Positions 17,576 to 26,011 of a DNA stretch of 64,000 nt are shown in pieces. Below the pieces are notes generated by a model that searched no databases, was not told where the DNA came from, and worked only from the letters and a program-made list of their open reading frames with translations. Both the position numbers and the translations under genes were made by a program. This DNA comes from an uncultured Gammaproteobacteria bacterium (lineage in GTDB: Bacteria; Patescibacteriota; Microgenomatia; Levybacterales; UBA12049). Each line of letters begins with the position of its first letter. Within the stretch, counting starts at the first letter, position 1. The stretch spans positions 249,316-313,315 of the forward strand of contig OZ246394.1 of assembly GCA_965230895.1 (NCBI GenBank), read 5' to 3'.

Positions 17576-18262
17576 TTAACCTGCAGCATTCTGGATCGTA
17601 GTTCGTTCTCCTGATTGATGCATTTTACCGTTTGCGACACTGAAATCAGTTGTAGCTTTGCCACTTCTTTTACCTTTTACTGCACTCAACCATGCACCAC
17701 TATCTTCTACTTTTTGTCGAGCTTGTCGAATTACGATAAGCATCCAATCAAAGAAGGTTTTGTGATATTCACCGGCATCTACAGGAGCTTGCTCCATTGC
17801 TACTTCAGCAAATTCCATTTGAAGCACTTTTGAAGATGAAAGCAAGTTCTGCAATTCTGCTTTAATTTCTTCAACTTCATTTCTGAATGCTTGTTTCTCA
17901 GATTTCACTGAACGTTCACTATTTTGTGCTACCTCTCGGCTATAATTCATTGCAGCTTCAATATGAGGAGCTTTTTCACTTGAAGGTTTCTTTTCAGCAC
18001 TTTGTTTATGCGCTAAGGCATTAAAAATTTCGACGACACCAGCAGTATCAGGTTTTTCTTCTTTTTTTGTATCATGCTTTTCTGATTTTTGTGCTGCACC
18101 AGCTAATTCCAGACCAAGAAGTTGTTTGAGGAATGTTTTTCCAGATTCACCAGCTTCGTTCACTGCTGCTTTTCTGGCTTCTTTCGCAAGCTTCGCGCCC
18201 TGCTCTCCGATACGTTCATGAGCGGCTGCTACACCTTGTGTTTTTTGCTTTGCGCCTGCCAT
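17576..18262 (-). CDS. DUF5660-like CPR protein
   Basis: C-terminal GEYHKTFFDWMLIVIRQARQKVEDSGAWL pattern. Confidence 0.65.
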   Translation of the reverse strand: MAGAKQKTQGVAAAHERIGEQGAKLAKEARKAAVNEAGESGKTFLKQLLGLELAGAAQKSEKHDTKKEEKPDTAGVVEIFNALAHKQSAEKKPSSEKAPHIEAAMNYSREVAQNSERSVKSEKQAFRNEVEEIKAELQNLLSSSKVLQMEFAEVAMEQAPVDAGEYHKTFFDWMLIVIRQARQKVEDSGAWLSAVKGKRSGKATTDFSVANGKMHQSGERTTIQNAAG

Positions 18263-18277
18263 ACTTATAGGACTTTA

Positions 18278-19147
18278 TCACAGATTCATTAATAAATCAA
18301 GCGTCTTCTGCTGTCGGAGGATTCCAGCGAGGAGATAGCGGTTTTGCTCCATACTTTGTTTCTCTTGAGGACTTTTTGCTTTTGCTATAGCCTCTTCAAT
18401 TTCTGCCTCTTCAATAGAAACTTTCTCAAGCTCTGCAATCTTTTGGAGAACAAATTCTAGCTTGATATCTTCCTCAGCACGCTTTGCGTATTCTGCTCGA
18501 AGGTCTTCTGGTTTTCTATTGGTTGTTCCGAGATATTGATCGAGACTCAAGCCTAATCGTTTAATGTCATTTAACAACTGTGAGAGCAATCGATCTGCTT
18601 CCTGATCGATAAGCACTTGCGGAACTCGTACTTTTGCGTCAGCAAGAACTGCCTTCATAATTTCATCCATTGGGGGCTTTTTAGCTTCATTTTCTTTACC
18701 TGGGACGATAATTTTACTCTTTGCAGTAACATCTTTTACATTCTTTTTGTAGTCTCCTGCGTTCACTTCAGGCATTTCACATGTTAATGCGTTGAAAACC
18801 CAGTCCTGGCCTTCCTCGATCTTTTCTACATGCATCTTTGGATTCATAATTGGTTTGAGTTTGTGCTCTTCAACTGCTTTCATGTACGCATCAGGGAGTA
18901 ATCTCTTAAGGATTTCTTCCTGAACTGCTTCTGGATTCAATTGACTTGCTGCTAAATTAGTTGGTGCTTTGCCTTTTCTGAAGCCTGCAACGTTTGTTTG
19001 CTTTGCTAAATCGTCGATAACAACTGAGCCTACTTTTGCGATATCTGCTTGTGGGATAACGAGGGTTACTTTGATAGTTCCGTCTTCAAGTTTTTCAACT
19101 CCTGGTTTGAGTGTCTTTTCTGCTGTCTTTGGTTCTGCTTTTGCCAT
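18278..19147 (-). CDS. tig: Trigger factor lacking PPIase domain
   Basis: GFRKGKAP ribosome-binding motif; SurA-like C domain; only 289 aa. Confidence 0.9.
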   Translation of the reverse strand: MAKAEPKTAEKTLKPGVEKLEDGTIKVTLVIPQADIAKVGSVVIDDLAKQTNVAGFRKGKAPTNLAASQLNPEAVQEEILKRLLPDAYMKAVEEHKLKPIMNPKMHVEKIEEGQDWVFNALTCEMPEVNAGDYKKNVKDVTAKSKIIVPGKENEAKKPPMDEIMKAVLADAKVRVPQVLIDQEADRLLSQLLNDIKRLGLSLDQYLGTTNRKPEDLRAEYAKRAEEDIKLEFVLQKIAELEKVSIEEAEIEEAIAKAKSPQEKQSMEQNRYLLAGILRQQKTLDLLMNL

Positions 19148-19227
19148 AGTTAATCAAAAAATGAGCTCATCGCTCACTTTCATTACCCAGATTATAATCT
19201 ATTTTGCTTCTCGGATCAAGTTCATTG

Positions 19228-19309
19228 TGCGGGTGAGAGGATTCGAACCTCCACGTCTTTTGGACACTAGTTCCTAAAACTAGCGTGTCTACCATTTCAC
19301 CACACCCGC
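19228..19309 (-). tRNA. tRNA-Leu(TAG)
   Basis: GCGGGTGTGGTGAAATGGTAGACAC...CTAGT-TTTAGGA-ACTAG, long variable arm, GGTTCGAATCC. Confidence 0.95.
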
Positions 19310-19331
19310 GGTAAAACGTATTATACTCAAT

Positions 19332-19910
19332 TTAGAGCGCGAGTGAAAGAGAAATGTTCGGTCTATTCTCTACTTCAGCTGCAACAGCATCAATTTCACT
19401 CATGAAACGAAGCGTCTTCACTGGCCAATTCGGGTCGGCGGCATATTTCGCACCGATCTGGTAGACATTTGTTTCTTCAGAATCATAGAGATAATCTGTT
19501 CGGATAGCCTTTGAAACCGTTGCAATACCATCATCCCACGAGGCAAATCGTCGGACATTATTTCCGTATACGCCATAACCCCATGCATTAAAGGAATATG
19601 CTGGAATTGCTTGTCCAAATGTTGATTCTCCACCAGCAATGGCTGCAATCAATCTCCAGTCAAGGTTATTTTTATCTGCTTCATCGATAAAAGTTTGCGC
19701 ATGAGCCGCAAGGGGTGAATTGTATGATTCAAGATACGTTTTTAGAATTTCAGCACGGTTATCTTTCTCCACATGTGGTGGAGTTACTGGTGCATTTGAA
19801 TGCGCAAGCACGGCAGAAGAACCTTTGGTAAGGTTAGCTTCGACTGTCTGGGGAGTAAACGCAGCTAGGAGCGTAAATGCTGCGAGGAAAAGAAATAATT
19901 TTCTTTTCAT
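19332..19910 (-). CDS. Secreted lysozyme-like/glucosaminidase-like protein
   Basis: Signal peptide; SPLAAHA...LDWRLIAAIAGGESTFG...FNAWGYG. Confidence 0.75.
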   Translation of the reverse strand: MKRKLFLFLAAFTLLAAFTPQTVEANLTKGSSAVLAHSNAPVTPPHVEKDNRAEILKTYLESYNSPLAAHAQTFIDEADKNNLDWRLIAAIAGGESTFGQAIPAYSFNAWGYGVYGNNVRRFASWDDGIATVSKAIRTDYLYDSEETNVYQIGAKYAADPNWPVKTLRFMSEIDAVAAEVENRPNISLSLAL

Positions 19911-20122
19911 AATGGTTTCCTTTCTGATTACGATACGTAATCTTGTTTACCCACCTTCGTTTACTTTTTGCCTTAGTTCATTCGAACTGCGGCTCTAAGA
20001 GCACTCCTGGTGGGTTGAGTTTTTATTCAATAAAAAACTCAAAAAAAATCCTCTCGTAAGTGTTTTGGGCACTTACCAGAGGATCTGTTTGGTATTATAC
20101 ATTTAACTATAGGTTTTGTCAA
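19911..20122 (-). promoter_or_regulatory. Promoter plus structured 5' leader
   Basis: TTGACA-17-TATAAT (20122-20094), hairpin plus T8 (20084-20041), further stems and SD-like AAAGGAAA. Confidence 0.65.
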
Positions 20123-20133
20123 GGGGGTGTATA

Positions 20134-20709
20134 CTATTCCAATTCTTCCATGAAATGGCGTACACTAAAGGCCCAACTCCCATTACTTGAGGGAGTGTAC
20201 ATAGTCATAATTTGTTCTGGTGTCACTAATCCTTTTGGCTTGTAACGAGTGGCTAAACCTTTTGTTACAGTATAGATTCCTTCTTTGTAATCCTTGAATT
20301 TTGTAATCTTTGATCCATAGATTCCATATCCCCAGCAATTGTATGAGCCGTGAGGGATTTTCTTGCATACATTGGACTCTTGCATTGCGATAGCTGGAAT
20401 AAGGCGGTGATCAATTCCATACATGTCTGCGGCCTCTACAATGTCACCAGCATAGGCTTCCATAGGTGAATTGTGCGCTTCAAGAAACTGTCTCACCTTT
20501 TCTTTTCTCCCATCTTCTTGTTCTACTTCTCCAGCCATAGTGTTCTGTGATGTCGGCAAAGCTGCGTAAGCTACTGTGTTTGTCCCAAGGACTTCAACAG
20601 AAGATGCTTTGGTTTGATGCTGATATGCAATTAAAATGCCTATGAGGGAAAACACCATTACAAATGGGGCGACAAAGAAGAGAGCAGTACTGAAAAGTAT
20701 CTTCTTCAT
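20134..20709 (-). CDS. Membrane-anchored lysozyme-like protein, paralog of 19332-19910
   Basis: SPMEAYA...IDHRLIPAIAMQESN...YNCWGYG. Confidence 0.75.
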   Translation of the reverse strand: MKKILFSTALFFVAPFVMVFSLIGILIAYQHQTKASSVEVLGTNTVAYAALPTSQNTMAGEVEQEDGRKEKVRQFLEAHNSPMEAYAGDIVEAADMYGIDHRLIPAIAMQESNVCKKIPHGSYNCWGYGIYGSKITKFKDYKEGIYTVTKGLATRYKPKGLVTPEQIMTMYTPSSNGSWAFSVRHFMEELE

Positions 20710-20790
20710 GGGTTAACTCATATAATCACATACCATACAAGAGATTGTCAAGGGAAATACTTTCTGATAAAATCGTTTTTAGGCTAAGAA

Positions 20791-20874
20791 GCCCTGATGC
20801 TGGAATTGGTAGACAGGCTAGCTTCAGGTGCTAGTGTCAGTAATGGTGTGTGAGTTCGAGTCTCTCTCAGGGCA
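20791..20874 (+). tRNA. tRNA-Leu(CAG)
   Basis: GCCCTGATGCTGGAATTGGTAGACAG-G-CTAGC-TTCAGGT-GCTAG...GTTCGAGTC...TCAGGGCA. Confidence 0.95.
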
Positions 20875-20895
20875 CATACTATCAACTATAATATA

Positions 20896-20946
20896 GTGTG
20901 GACCTGCCTGCCGGCAGGCAGGGGTTCGACTCCTCTCTTGGGCACC
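20896..20946 (+). pseudogene. 3' remnant of a tRNA-Leu-like gene interrupted by a 20-bp perfect palindrome
   Basis: GTGGA[CCTGCCTGCCGGCAGGCAGG]GGTTCGACTCCTCTCTTGGGCACC. Confidence 0.7.
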
Positions 20947-20972
20947 GAGCCAAACTCAGTTAAGAAAACAAT

Positions 20973-21055
20973 GCGGATGTGGTGAAATGGTATACACGCT
21001 ACCTTGAGGTGGTAGTGCTCGCAAGGGCGTGGAGGTTCAACTCCTCTCATCCGCA
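20973..21055 (+). tRNA. tRNA-Leu(GAG), island integration site
   Basis: GCGGATGTGGTGAAATGGTATACAC-G-CTACC-TTGAGGT-GGTAG...GGTTCAACTCC...CATCCGCA. Confidence 0.95.
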
Positions 21056-22569
21056 CTGAAGGAGAACTCCTCCGATTCGAATGCTCGAATAGACTGATAT
21101 ATCGGACTAATTGAAGTGTTGTAGTAGTCTGGATAGCCCCATCTGAGTCCCTCAGGGAAAATTGAACACAGTAAGACACGGAGCTGGCTAAGTGTAGACA
21201 TTTGGTATGTTTTTCCTAAATTTACAAATTTCTCTTTCATAAAAGTAATAATAATTTCAAGATTATATTTAGCAAGCAAAGCATCATCCTTTGTAATATG
21301 AAGAGCTGCTATTTGATCTTCAATAAGTTTATTCTGTTCTTTGAATATTTCATCTGAATAAGTTCCATTTAAATTCTTTTGTATAAGCTGTTGACGCATT
21401 TCAGAAAGTCTCTGCATCTCTTTATCTGCTTCATCTCTGCGTTTTTGTAGTTGTGCTACTCGTGCATAATAAGTTCTTCTAAGCAGTGCTATAAAAGCGT
21501 TAAGTGCTTCTTGCGTTGGTGTTATGCCTGATAAATAATGTGCAAGTTCTTTATGTGCTTTATCAGCAGAGATAGAGGTAGGTTTTGGACATTTTTGACA
21601 ACGATAGTAAGCATACTTCATACGTTTCCCTTTACTCCATCCTCCTGTCACAGGATTGCTACATCTATGGCAAATAAGTAGTCTTCGGAGTGGAAATTCC
21701 GCATTATCCTTATTTCTCCTGGTTAATGGAATATTTATATTAGTATTTCTGCCGTCAATCGCTGCCTGAACTCGATAGAAAAGAGCTTCTGATACCATTG
21801 GCAGGTGTTGTCCTTTCACTTCTTCAGGGTACTTTTCTGAGGATAGTATCCCAATATAAAATTTATTGCGAAACATTCGACTTAATGCTTGCTCTCGTAC
21901 AATATGTTTTTTCCCAGCAAAGTTTTGTCTCACTCCCCTATCATTCATTAATTTTGCCATTTCTTTTAATGTCTTTGTTCCTGTTGCCATAAGTTCCCAT
22001 GCAGCTTTTACTTTATCCCATGTTTGTGGATTTTTGACTGCATAACCATTCTCATTTTTGTATCCTAATGGCGGTGTTCCGCTCGTAAGTCCTGCCAAAA
22101 ATCGTGCTCGTAGACCGTTTTTAGTTCGCTCACTTCGTACATCATTATCCATTTGTGCAAAGCTAGCAAGCATAGACTCAATAAAGCGTTCTGTTGGTGT
22201 ATTTCCTGTTGGTTCTGAAGCTGAAAGTATCATTATGCCATAATCTGAAAGCTTTTTCCTAATGGCTAAATAGTCTTGCAACTGTCGGGATATACGATCC
22301 AATCTGTAGACAATTAAAGCATCAATATTCTGTTTGTTCTTTCTGCAATATTCCATAAGTTCCTTAAGCACAGGTCTTCCTGAAATATTTTTTGCAGATT
22401 TCCCTTCTTCTTTAAATACCTTAATAACTGTTAACCCTTTTCTTTCTGCTTCTTGCCTGCAAATTTTTTCTTGGGTTCCGAGTGAGAAATTATCTACTTG
22501 TTCTTCGCTTGAGACTCGAATATATGCAATTGATTGTTTAGTGCCTTTTGTAAAAGTTATTGATTCCAT
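21037..22569 (-). CDS. Large serine recombinase (resolvase, recombinase and Zn-ribbon domains)
   Basis: AYIRVSSEEQ, YRLDRISR, PPLGY, CHRC...YYRCQKC; stop codon lies inside tRNA-Leu(GAG). Confidence 0.93.
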   Translation of the reverse strand: MESITFTKGTKQSIAYIRVSSEEQVDNFSLGTQEKICRQEAERKGLTVIKVFKEEGKSAKNISGRPVLKELMEYCRKNKQNIDALIVYRLDRISRQLQDYLAIRKKLSDYGIMILSASEPTGNTPTERFIESMLASFAQMDNDVRSERTKNGLRARFLAGLTSGTPPLGYKNENGYAVKNPQTWDKVKAAWELMATGTKTLKEMAKLMNDRGVRQNFAGKKHIVREQALSRMFRNKFYIGILSSEKYPEEVKGQHLPMVSEALFYRVQAAIDGRNTNINIPLTRRNKDNAEFPLRRLLICHRCSNPVTGGWSKGKRMKYAYYRCQKCPKPTSISADKAHKELAHYLSGITPTQEALNAFIALLRRTYYARVAQLQKRRDEADKEMQRLSEMRQQLIQKNLNGTYSDEIFKEQNKLIEDQIAALHITKDDALLAKYNLEIIITFMKEKFVNLGKTYQMSTLSQLRVLLCSIFPEGLRWGYPDYYNTSISPIYQSIRAFESEEFSFSADERS

Positions 22570-22571
22570 GA

Positions 22572-22919
22572 TTATTTTTCGTTGAGTACTTCTTTTAGAG
22601 TCATCCCACTAAAGAGATCTTTTTCAAATTCATCGAGCCATGTATCTATAAGGAATTGAAACTCTGTAGTTACACATTGGATCTTTTCATCAGAAAAATC
22701 TTTCCCTTTTTCTCCAAACATCTTGCGCATTTTTATAACAGTATTTTCTTCTACACCATGGAAAAAGATGTCTTTCAAGCTATTTTCAAGAGGATTAAAT
22801 ATGTCGGCAGGTGGAGAGGCTATATCGGGACTTTCTTTTTGAGGAGTTTTTATATCAGAAGAAATAGAGGTTTCAAATATGGATAATTGTGGTAAGTTTA
22901 TATCTTGCATGATGTTCAA
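22572..22919 (-). CDS. Hypothetical protein immediately upstream of recombinase
   Basis: 115 aa ORF ending 2 nt before recombinase start; start may be ATG 22910. Confidence 0.65.
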   Translation of the reverse strand: MNIMQDINLPQLSIFETSISSDIKTPQKESPDIASPPADIFNPLENSLKDIFFHGVEENTVIKMRKMFGEKGKDFSDEKIQCVTTEFQFLIDTWLDEFEKDLFSGMTLKEVLNEK

Positions 22920-23042
22920 TAACTATCTCCTTAGGGATAGTATATATCTCTATCGGGATAGTGTTCAGTCAATATAAATGATTATTTTTATTGTCTTTCC
23001 GATAATGGCAATCAATAAAGATTATTGCCATAGTTCTTTCAT

Positions 23043-23291
23043 ATGTCATTTTTAGGAAATGATTCTGCAAAAACTCGTGAGCTTAAGAAAGAAGATTATG
23101 CTTTAGCTGAGAAAATCCAAAGATTTCGTAGAGAAAGAGGGATGACTCAAGAAGAACTTTCTGAAAAGATAGGCAGGAATTCTTCATATATTGCTTATGT
23201 TGAAACCCATAGAAGAGGCTTAAGTTTGCCTGTTGTTTATAAACTTGCACGAGTTTTAAAAGTGAAATTGAAAGAGTTGTTTGATTTCTAG
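23043..23291 (+). CDS. XRE HTH regulator
   Basis: RRERGMTQEELSEKIGRNSSYIAYVETHRRGLSL. Confidence 0.9.
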   Translation: MSFLGNDSAKTRELKKEDYALAEKIQRFRRERGMTQEELSEKIGRNSSYIAYVETHRRGLSLPVVYKLARVLKVKLKELFDF

Positions 23292-23300
23292 TTTAAGTTG

Positions 23301-23372
23301 CTCCTCAGTATAGACTTGAACTACAACCTTCTCGTAAACTGCGAGCTGCTCTACCAATTAAGCTACCGAGGA
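23301..23372 (-). tRNA. Non-canonical tRNA-Asn(GTT)-like gene
   Basis: TCCTCGG-TA-GCTT-AATTGGTA-GAGC-A-GCTCG-CAGTTTA-CGAGA-AGGT-TGTAG-TTCAAGT-CTATA-CTGAGGA-G; full cloverleaf, G73, but A33 and U37. Confidence 0.85.
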
Positions 23373-23383
23373 ATATTATTATC

Positions 23384-24574
23384 TTAAAATTGTAACAGAA
23401 TTTTTAGTTTCTTGACGGCTTCTTTGATTTCTTGCTTTGATGCACTTGAGAAGGAAATTCGGATATTCGAAGAATATTTATCACCGAAATAATTCCCTGG
23501 AACAATTGCTATGCCTTGGTCAAGTAATGCATCACAAAAATCTTGTGCATCACGAATCAATTTCCCTGCAATAGTTTTGCCGAAGAAAGAACTTATATTA
23601 GGAAATAAGAAGACTGCCCCTTCTCCATCAATATCTTTGAATCCTTGTATATCTCTTAATCCATCTTTAAGCAATGATTTCCTCTCACTAAATTTATTAA
23701 TTGTAGCTAAAAGAGATTTTTGATCTCCAGCCCAAGCTTCTATTGCCGCGACTTGTGCAAAAGAAACCGGGTTAGCTGTTACTTGTGCTTGTAACATCGA
23801 CATTGTCTTTATTACTTTATTATTCCCACATATAAATCCTATTCTAAACCCGCTCATTGAGTAATCTTTTGAAGTCGAACCAATCGTGAACGTTCTGTTA
23901 AATGCATCCTGCGAGATTGTTGCTATTGGAATATGTTTATTATTCCCATATGTAAAATTCGCCATTGTTTCATCAGAAATAATAAATAAATTCTTTTCAT
24001 TTGCCACATCAGCTATCATTTCAAGCGTTTTCTTTTTGTAAACACGGCCTGTGGGATTAGAAGGACTATTAATAATAATTATTTTAGTTTTTGGAGATAT
24101 AACTTCCAAAAGTTCTTTTTTTGTTGGTTCAAAATTATTCTCTTCTTGTGTATTAACAATAACTGGGATTCCACCCGCAATTTTTACTTGTTCTATATAA
24201 GTTTCCCAATAAGGAGCAAGTATTATTGTTTCATCACCCGTATTTAGAAGTGAGAAAATGCTGTTAAATAGTGCGTGTTTTGAGCCACAAGAAATAAGGC
24301 AATCAATTTGCGGATTATACTGCAAGTTATATTTTTTACGTAGCATGTGACATACTGTTTCTTTAAGTTCAATAATTCCTGAGTAAGTTGTATATTTTGT
24401 TTGGTTATCTTGAATTGCCTTAATTGCAATATCTTTAATATTTTGTGGAGTTTTTACATTAGTTTCAATTGTATCTAATCGAATAATTTTCTTGCCATTG
24501 CTTTCAAGAATTTTTATTTTCTCTTTAATAACATTTGTTGGTGAAATTCGTATGTCCTTAAGATTGTTCCGCAT
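23384..24574 (-). CDS. PLP-dependent aminotransferase class I (AspC-like)
   Basis: NSPSNPTG, ISDE, STSKDYSMSGFRIG, IRISFS. Confidence 0.9.
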   Translation of the reverse strand: MRNNLKDIRISPTNVIKEKIKILESNGKKIIRLDTIETNVKTPQNIKDIAIKAIQDNQTKYTTYSGIIELKETVCHMLRKKYNLQYNPQIDCLISCGSKHALFNSIFSLLNTGDETIILAPYWETYIEQVKIAGGIPVIVNTQEENNFEPTKKELLEVISPKTKIIIINSPSNPTGRVYKKKTLEMIADVANEKNLFIISDETMANFTYGNNKHIPIATISQDAFNRTFTIGSTSKDYSMSGFRIGFICGNNKVIKTMSMLQAQVTANPVSFAQVAAIEAWAGDQKSLLATINKFSERKSLLKDGLRDIQGFKDIDGEGAVFLFPNISSFFGKTIAGKLIRDAQDFCDALLDQGIAIVPGNYFGDKYSSNIRISFSSASKQEIKEAVKKLKILLQF

Positions 24575-24671
24575 TGGAGTTTTATACTAAAAGTAGAGTT
24601 AATAGTTATTTTCCATCTTGAAAAAAATAGCTATGTTTGAGATTATACACTAATCGCTCTAGCTTTATATA

Positions 24672-26006
24672 ATGAAAAAAAAGTATATCATACATTTAGA
24701 GAAATTATTACAGAACAAGCATAAAGAGAATGAAGCGATTGCACTCCCCTGTTGGATAAAAGGAAAACGACTCTATAAAGACGTAATGTTTCTAGACATA
24801 ACTGATTCCACTGGCACTATTCAAGTTATTGCAAAAAAAGATCTAATGGGCGAAGAAGATTTTAAGCGTTTAAAAAATACTCCTCAGGAATCTTGTATAG
24901 AAGTAGAATGTGTTGCATCAACAGATCCAGTTAGTAAAGAAAAGAGTATTTTTATTAAGAAGTTCAATTTAGTGGGTGAATGGAAATTGAAATTACAGCC
25001 AGGACCTCGTTCTGATTTTGACGTTTTCTCCTCGGAGAACTCTGATTTTCTTCTTAAAAATAGACATCTTTATATCAGAAATCCAAAAGTAATGGCTATG
25101 TTAAAGTTTCGACATCAAATGATGGGTGCTGTACATGAGTGGTATCGAAAAAATGGATTTATAGAGATTACTGCTCCAGTTTTGACACAACTTCCTTTAT
25201 ATGAAGATGGGAGCGCGCTTTCTCTTAAAATTGATAAGGATGATATTTATCTAACGCAATGTGTAGGATTTTACTTAGAGAGTGCAGTTGCAGCATTTGA
25301 GAAAGTATATAATATTGGTCCGAGTTTTCGCGGTGAAGAAAGTAGAAGCAAACGGCATTTGATGGAATATTGGCATATCAAAGCAGAAGTCGCATTTATT
25401 AATTTAGAGGAAGGTCAAAAGATGGTTGAAGATTTATTAGCATTTATTGTTAATGATCTTATGGAGAATGGTCAAGATATTCTCAAAACGTTAAATGCTC
25501 AACCTGCGCTAGAGATATTAAAAGCACCTTTCCCTAAAATTACTTATCGTGAAGCAGTTAAATTACTTAATGATAATGGACACTCTTTTACATTTGGCAA
25601 AAGTCTGAGTTCTTTAGAAGAAGGCATTCTAGCAGAAAAGTTTACGACTCCTTTTTGGGTTGTGGGTATTCCGAAATCTTTAGAGCCATTTCCTTATGTC
25701 ATAGATCCAAAAGATGCTGAGGTCACAAGAGTCTCAGATCTTATTGCTCCAAGAGGGTATGGAGAGCTTTTAGGAGTAGCCGAAAAGATATATGATATTG
25801 ATGAACTTAACTCAAGAATGAAAGATAAAGGGAAACTTGATAATAAAAATTACAAATGGGTTCAAGAATTACGAGAATCTGGATATTTTCCACATGTTGG
25901 TTTTGGAATGGGAGTTGAAAGATTTATCCGTTATATTCTTGGGCAAGAACATGTTCGAGATGCAATACCTTTCCCTCGAGTATTTCGAAGAAAAATATAT
26001 CCATAA
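24672..26006 (+). CDS. Divergent asparaginyl-tRNA synthetase paralog (class IIb)
   Basis: OB-fold N-terminus (FLDITDSTGTIQV), RHLYIR, GPSFRGEESRSKRHL, PHVGFGMGVERF, RDAIPFPR; pocket residues differ from canonical AsnRS. Confidence 0.88.
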   Translation: MKKKYIIHLEKLLQNKHKENEAIALPCWIKGKRLYKDVMFLDITDSTGTIQVIAKKDLMGEEDFKRLKNTPQESCIEVECVASTDPVSKEKSIFIKKFNLVGEWKLKLQPGPRSDFDVFSSENSDFLLKNRHLYIRNPKVMAMLKFRHQMMGAVHEWYRKNGFIEITAPVLTQLPLYEDGSALSLKIDKDDIYLTQCVGFYLESAVAAFEKVYNIGPSFRGEESRSKRHLMEYWHIKAEVAFINLEEGQKMVEDLLAFIVNDLMENGQDILKTLNAQPALEILKAPFPKITYREAVKLLNDNGHSFTFGKSLSSLEEGILAEKFTTPFWVVGIPKSLEPFPYVIDPKDAEVTRVSDLIAPRGYGELLGVAEKIYDIDELNSRMKDKGKLDNKNYKWVQELRESGYFPHVGFGMGVERFIRYILGQEHVRDAIPFPRVFRRKIYP

Positions 26007-26011
26007 AGATT

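Noticed and set aside
20886-21179. 97 aa ORF and similar short ORFs over tRNAs or antisense to known genes
   Set aside because: Shadows of tRNA or coding sequence, with typical antisense-tRNA peptides such as RGVEP.
23301-23372. Aberrant tRNA as a stop-codon suppressor for the in-frame TAG (32020) and TAA (49433)
   Set aside because: The stem places GUU centrally in the 7-nt loop; no alternative stem centres UUA. Both stops are simple single-base nonsense changes in dispensable genes.
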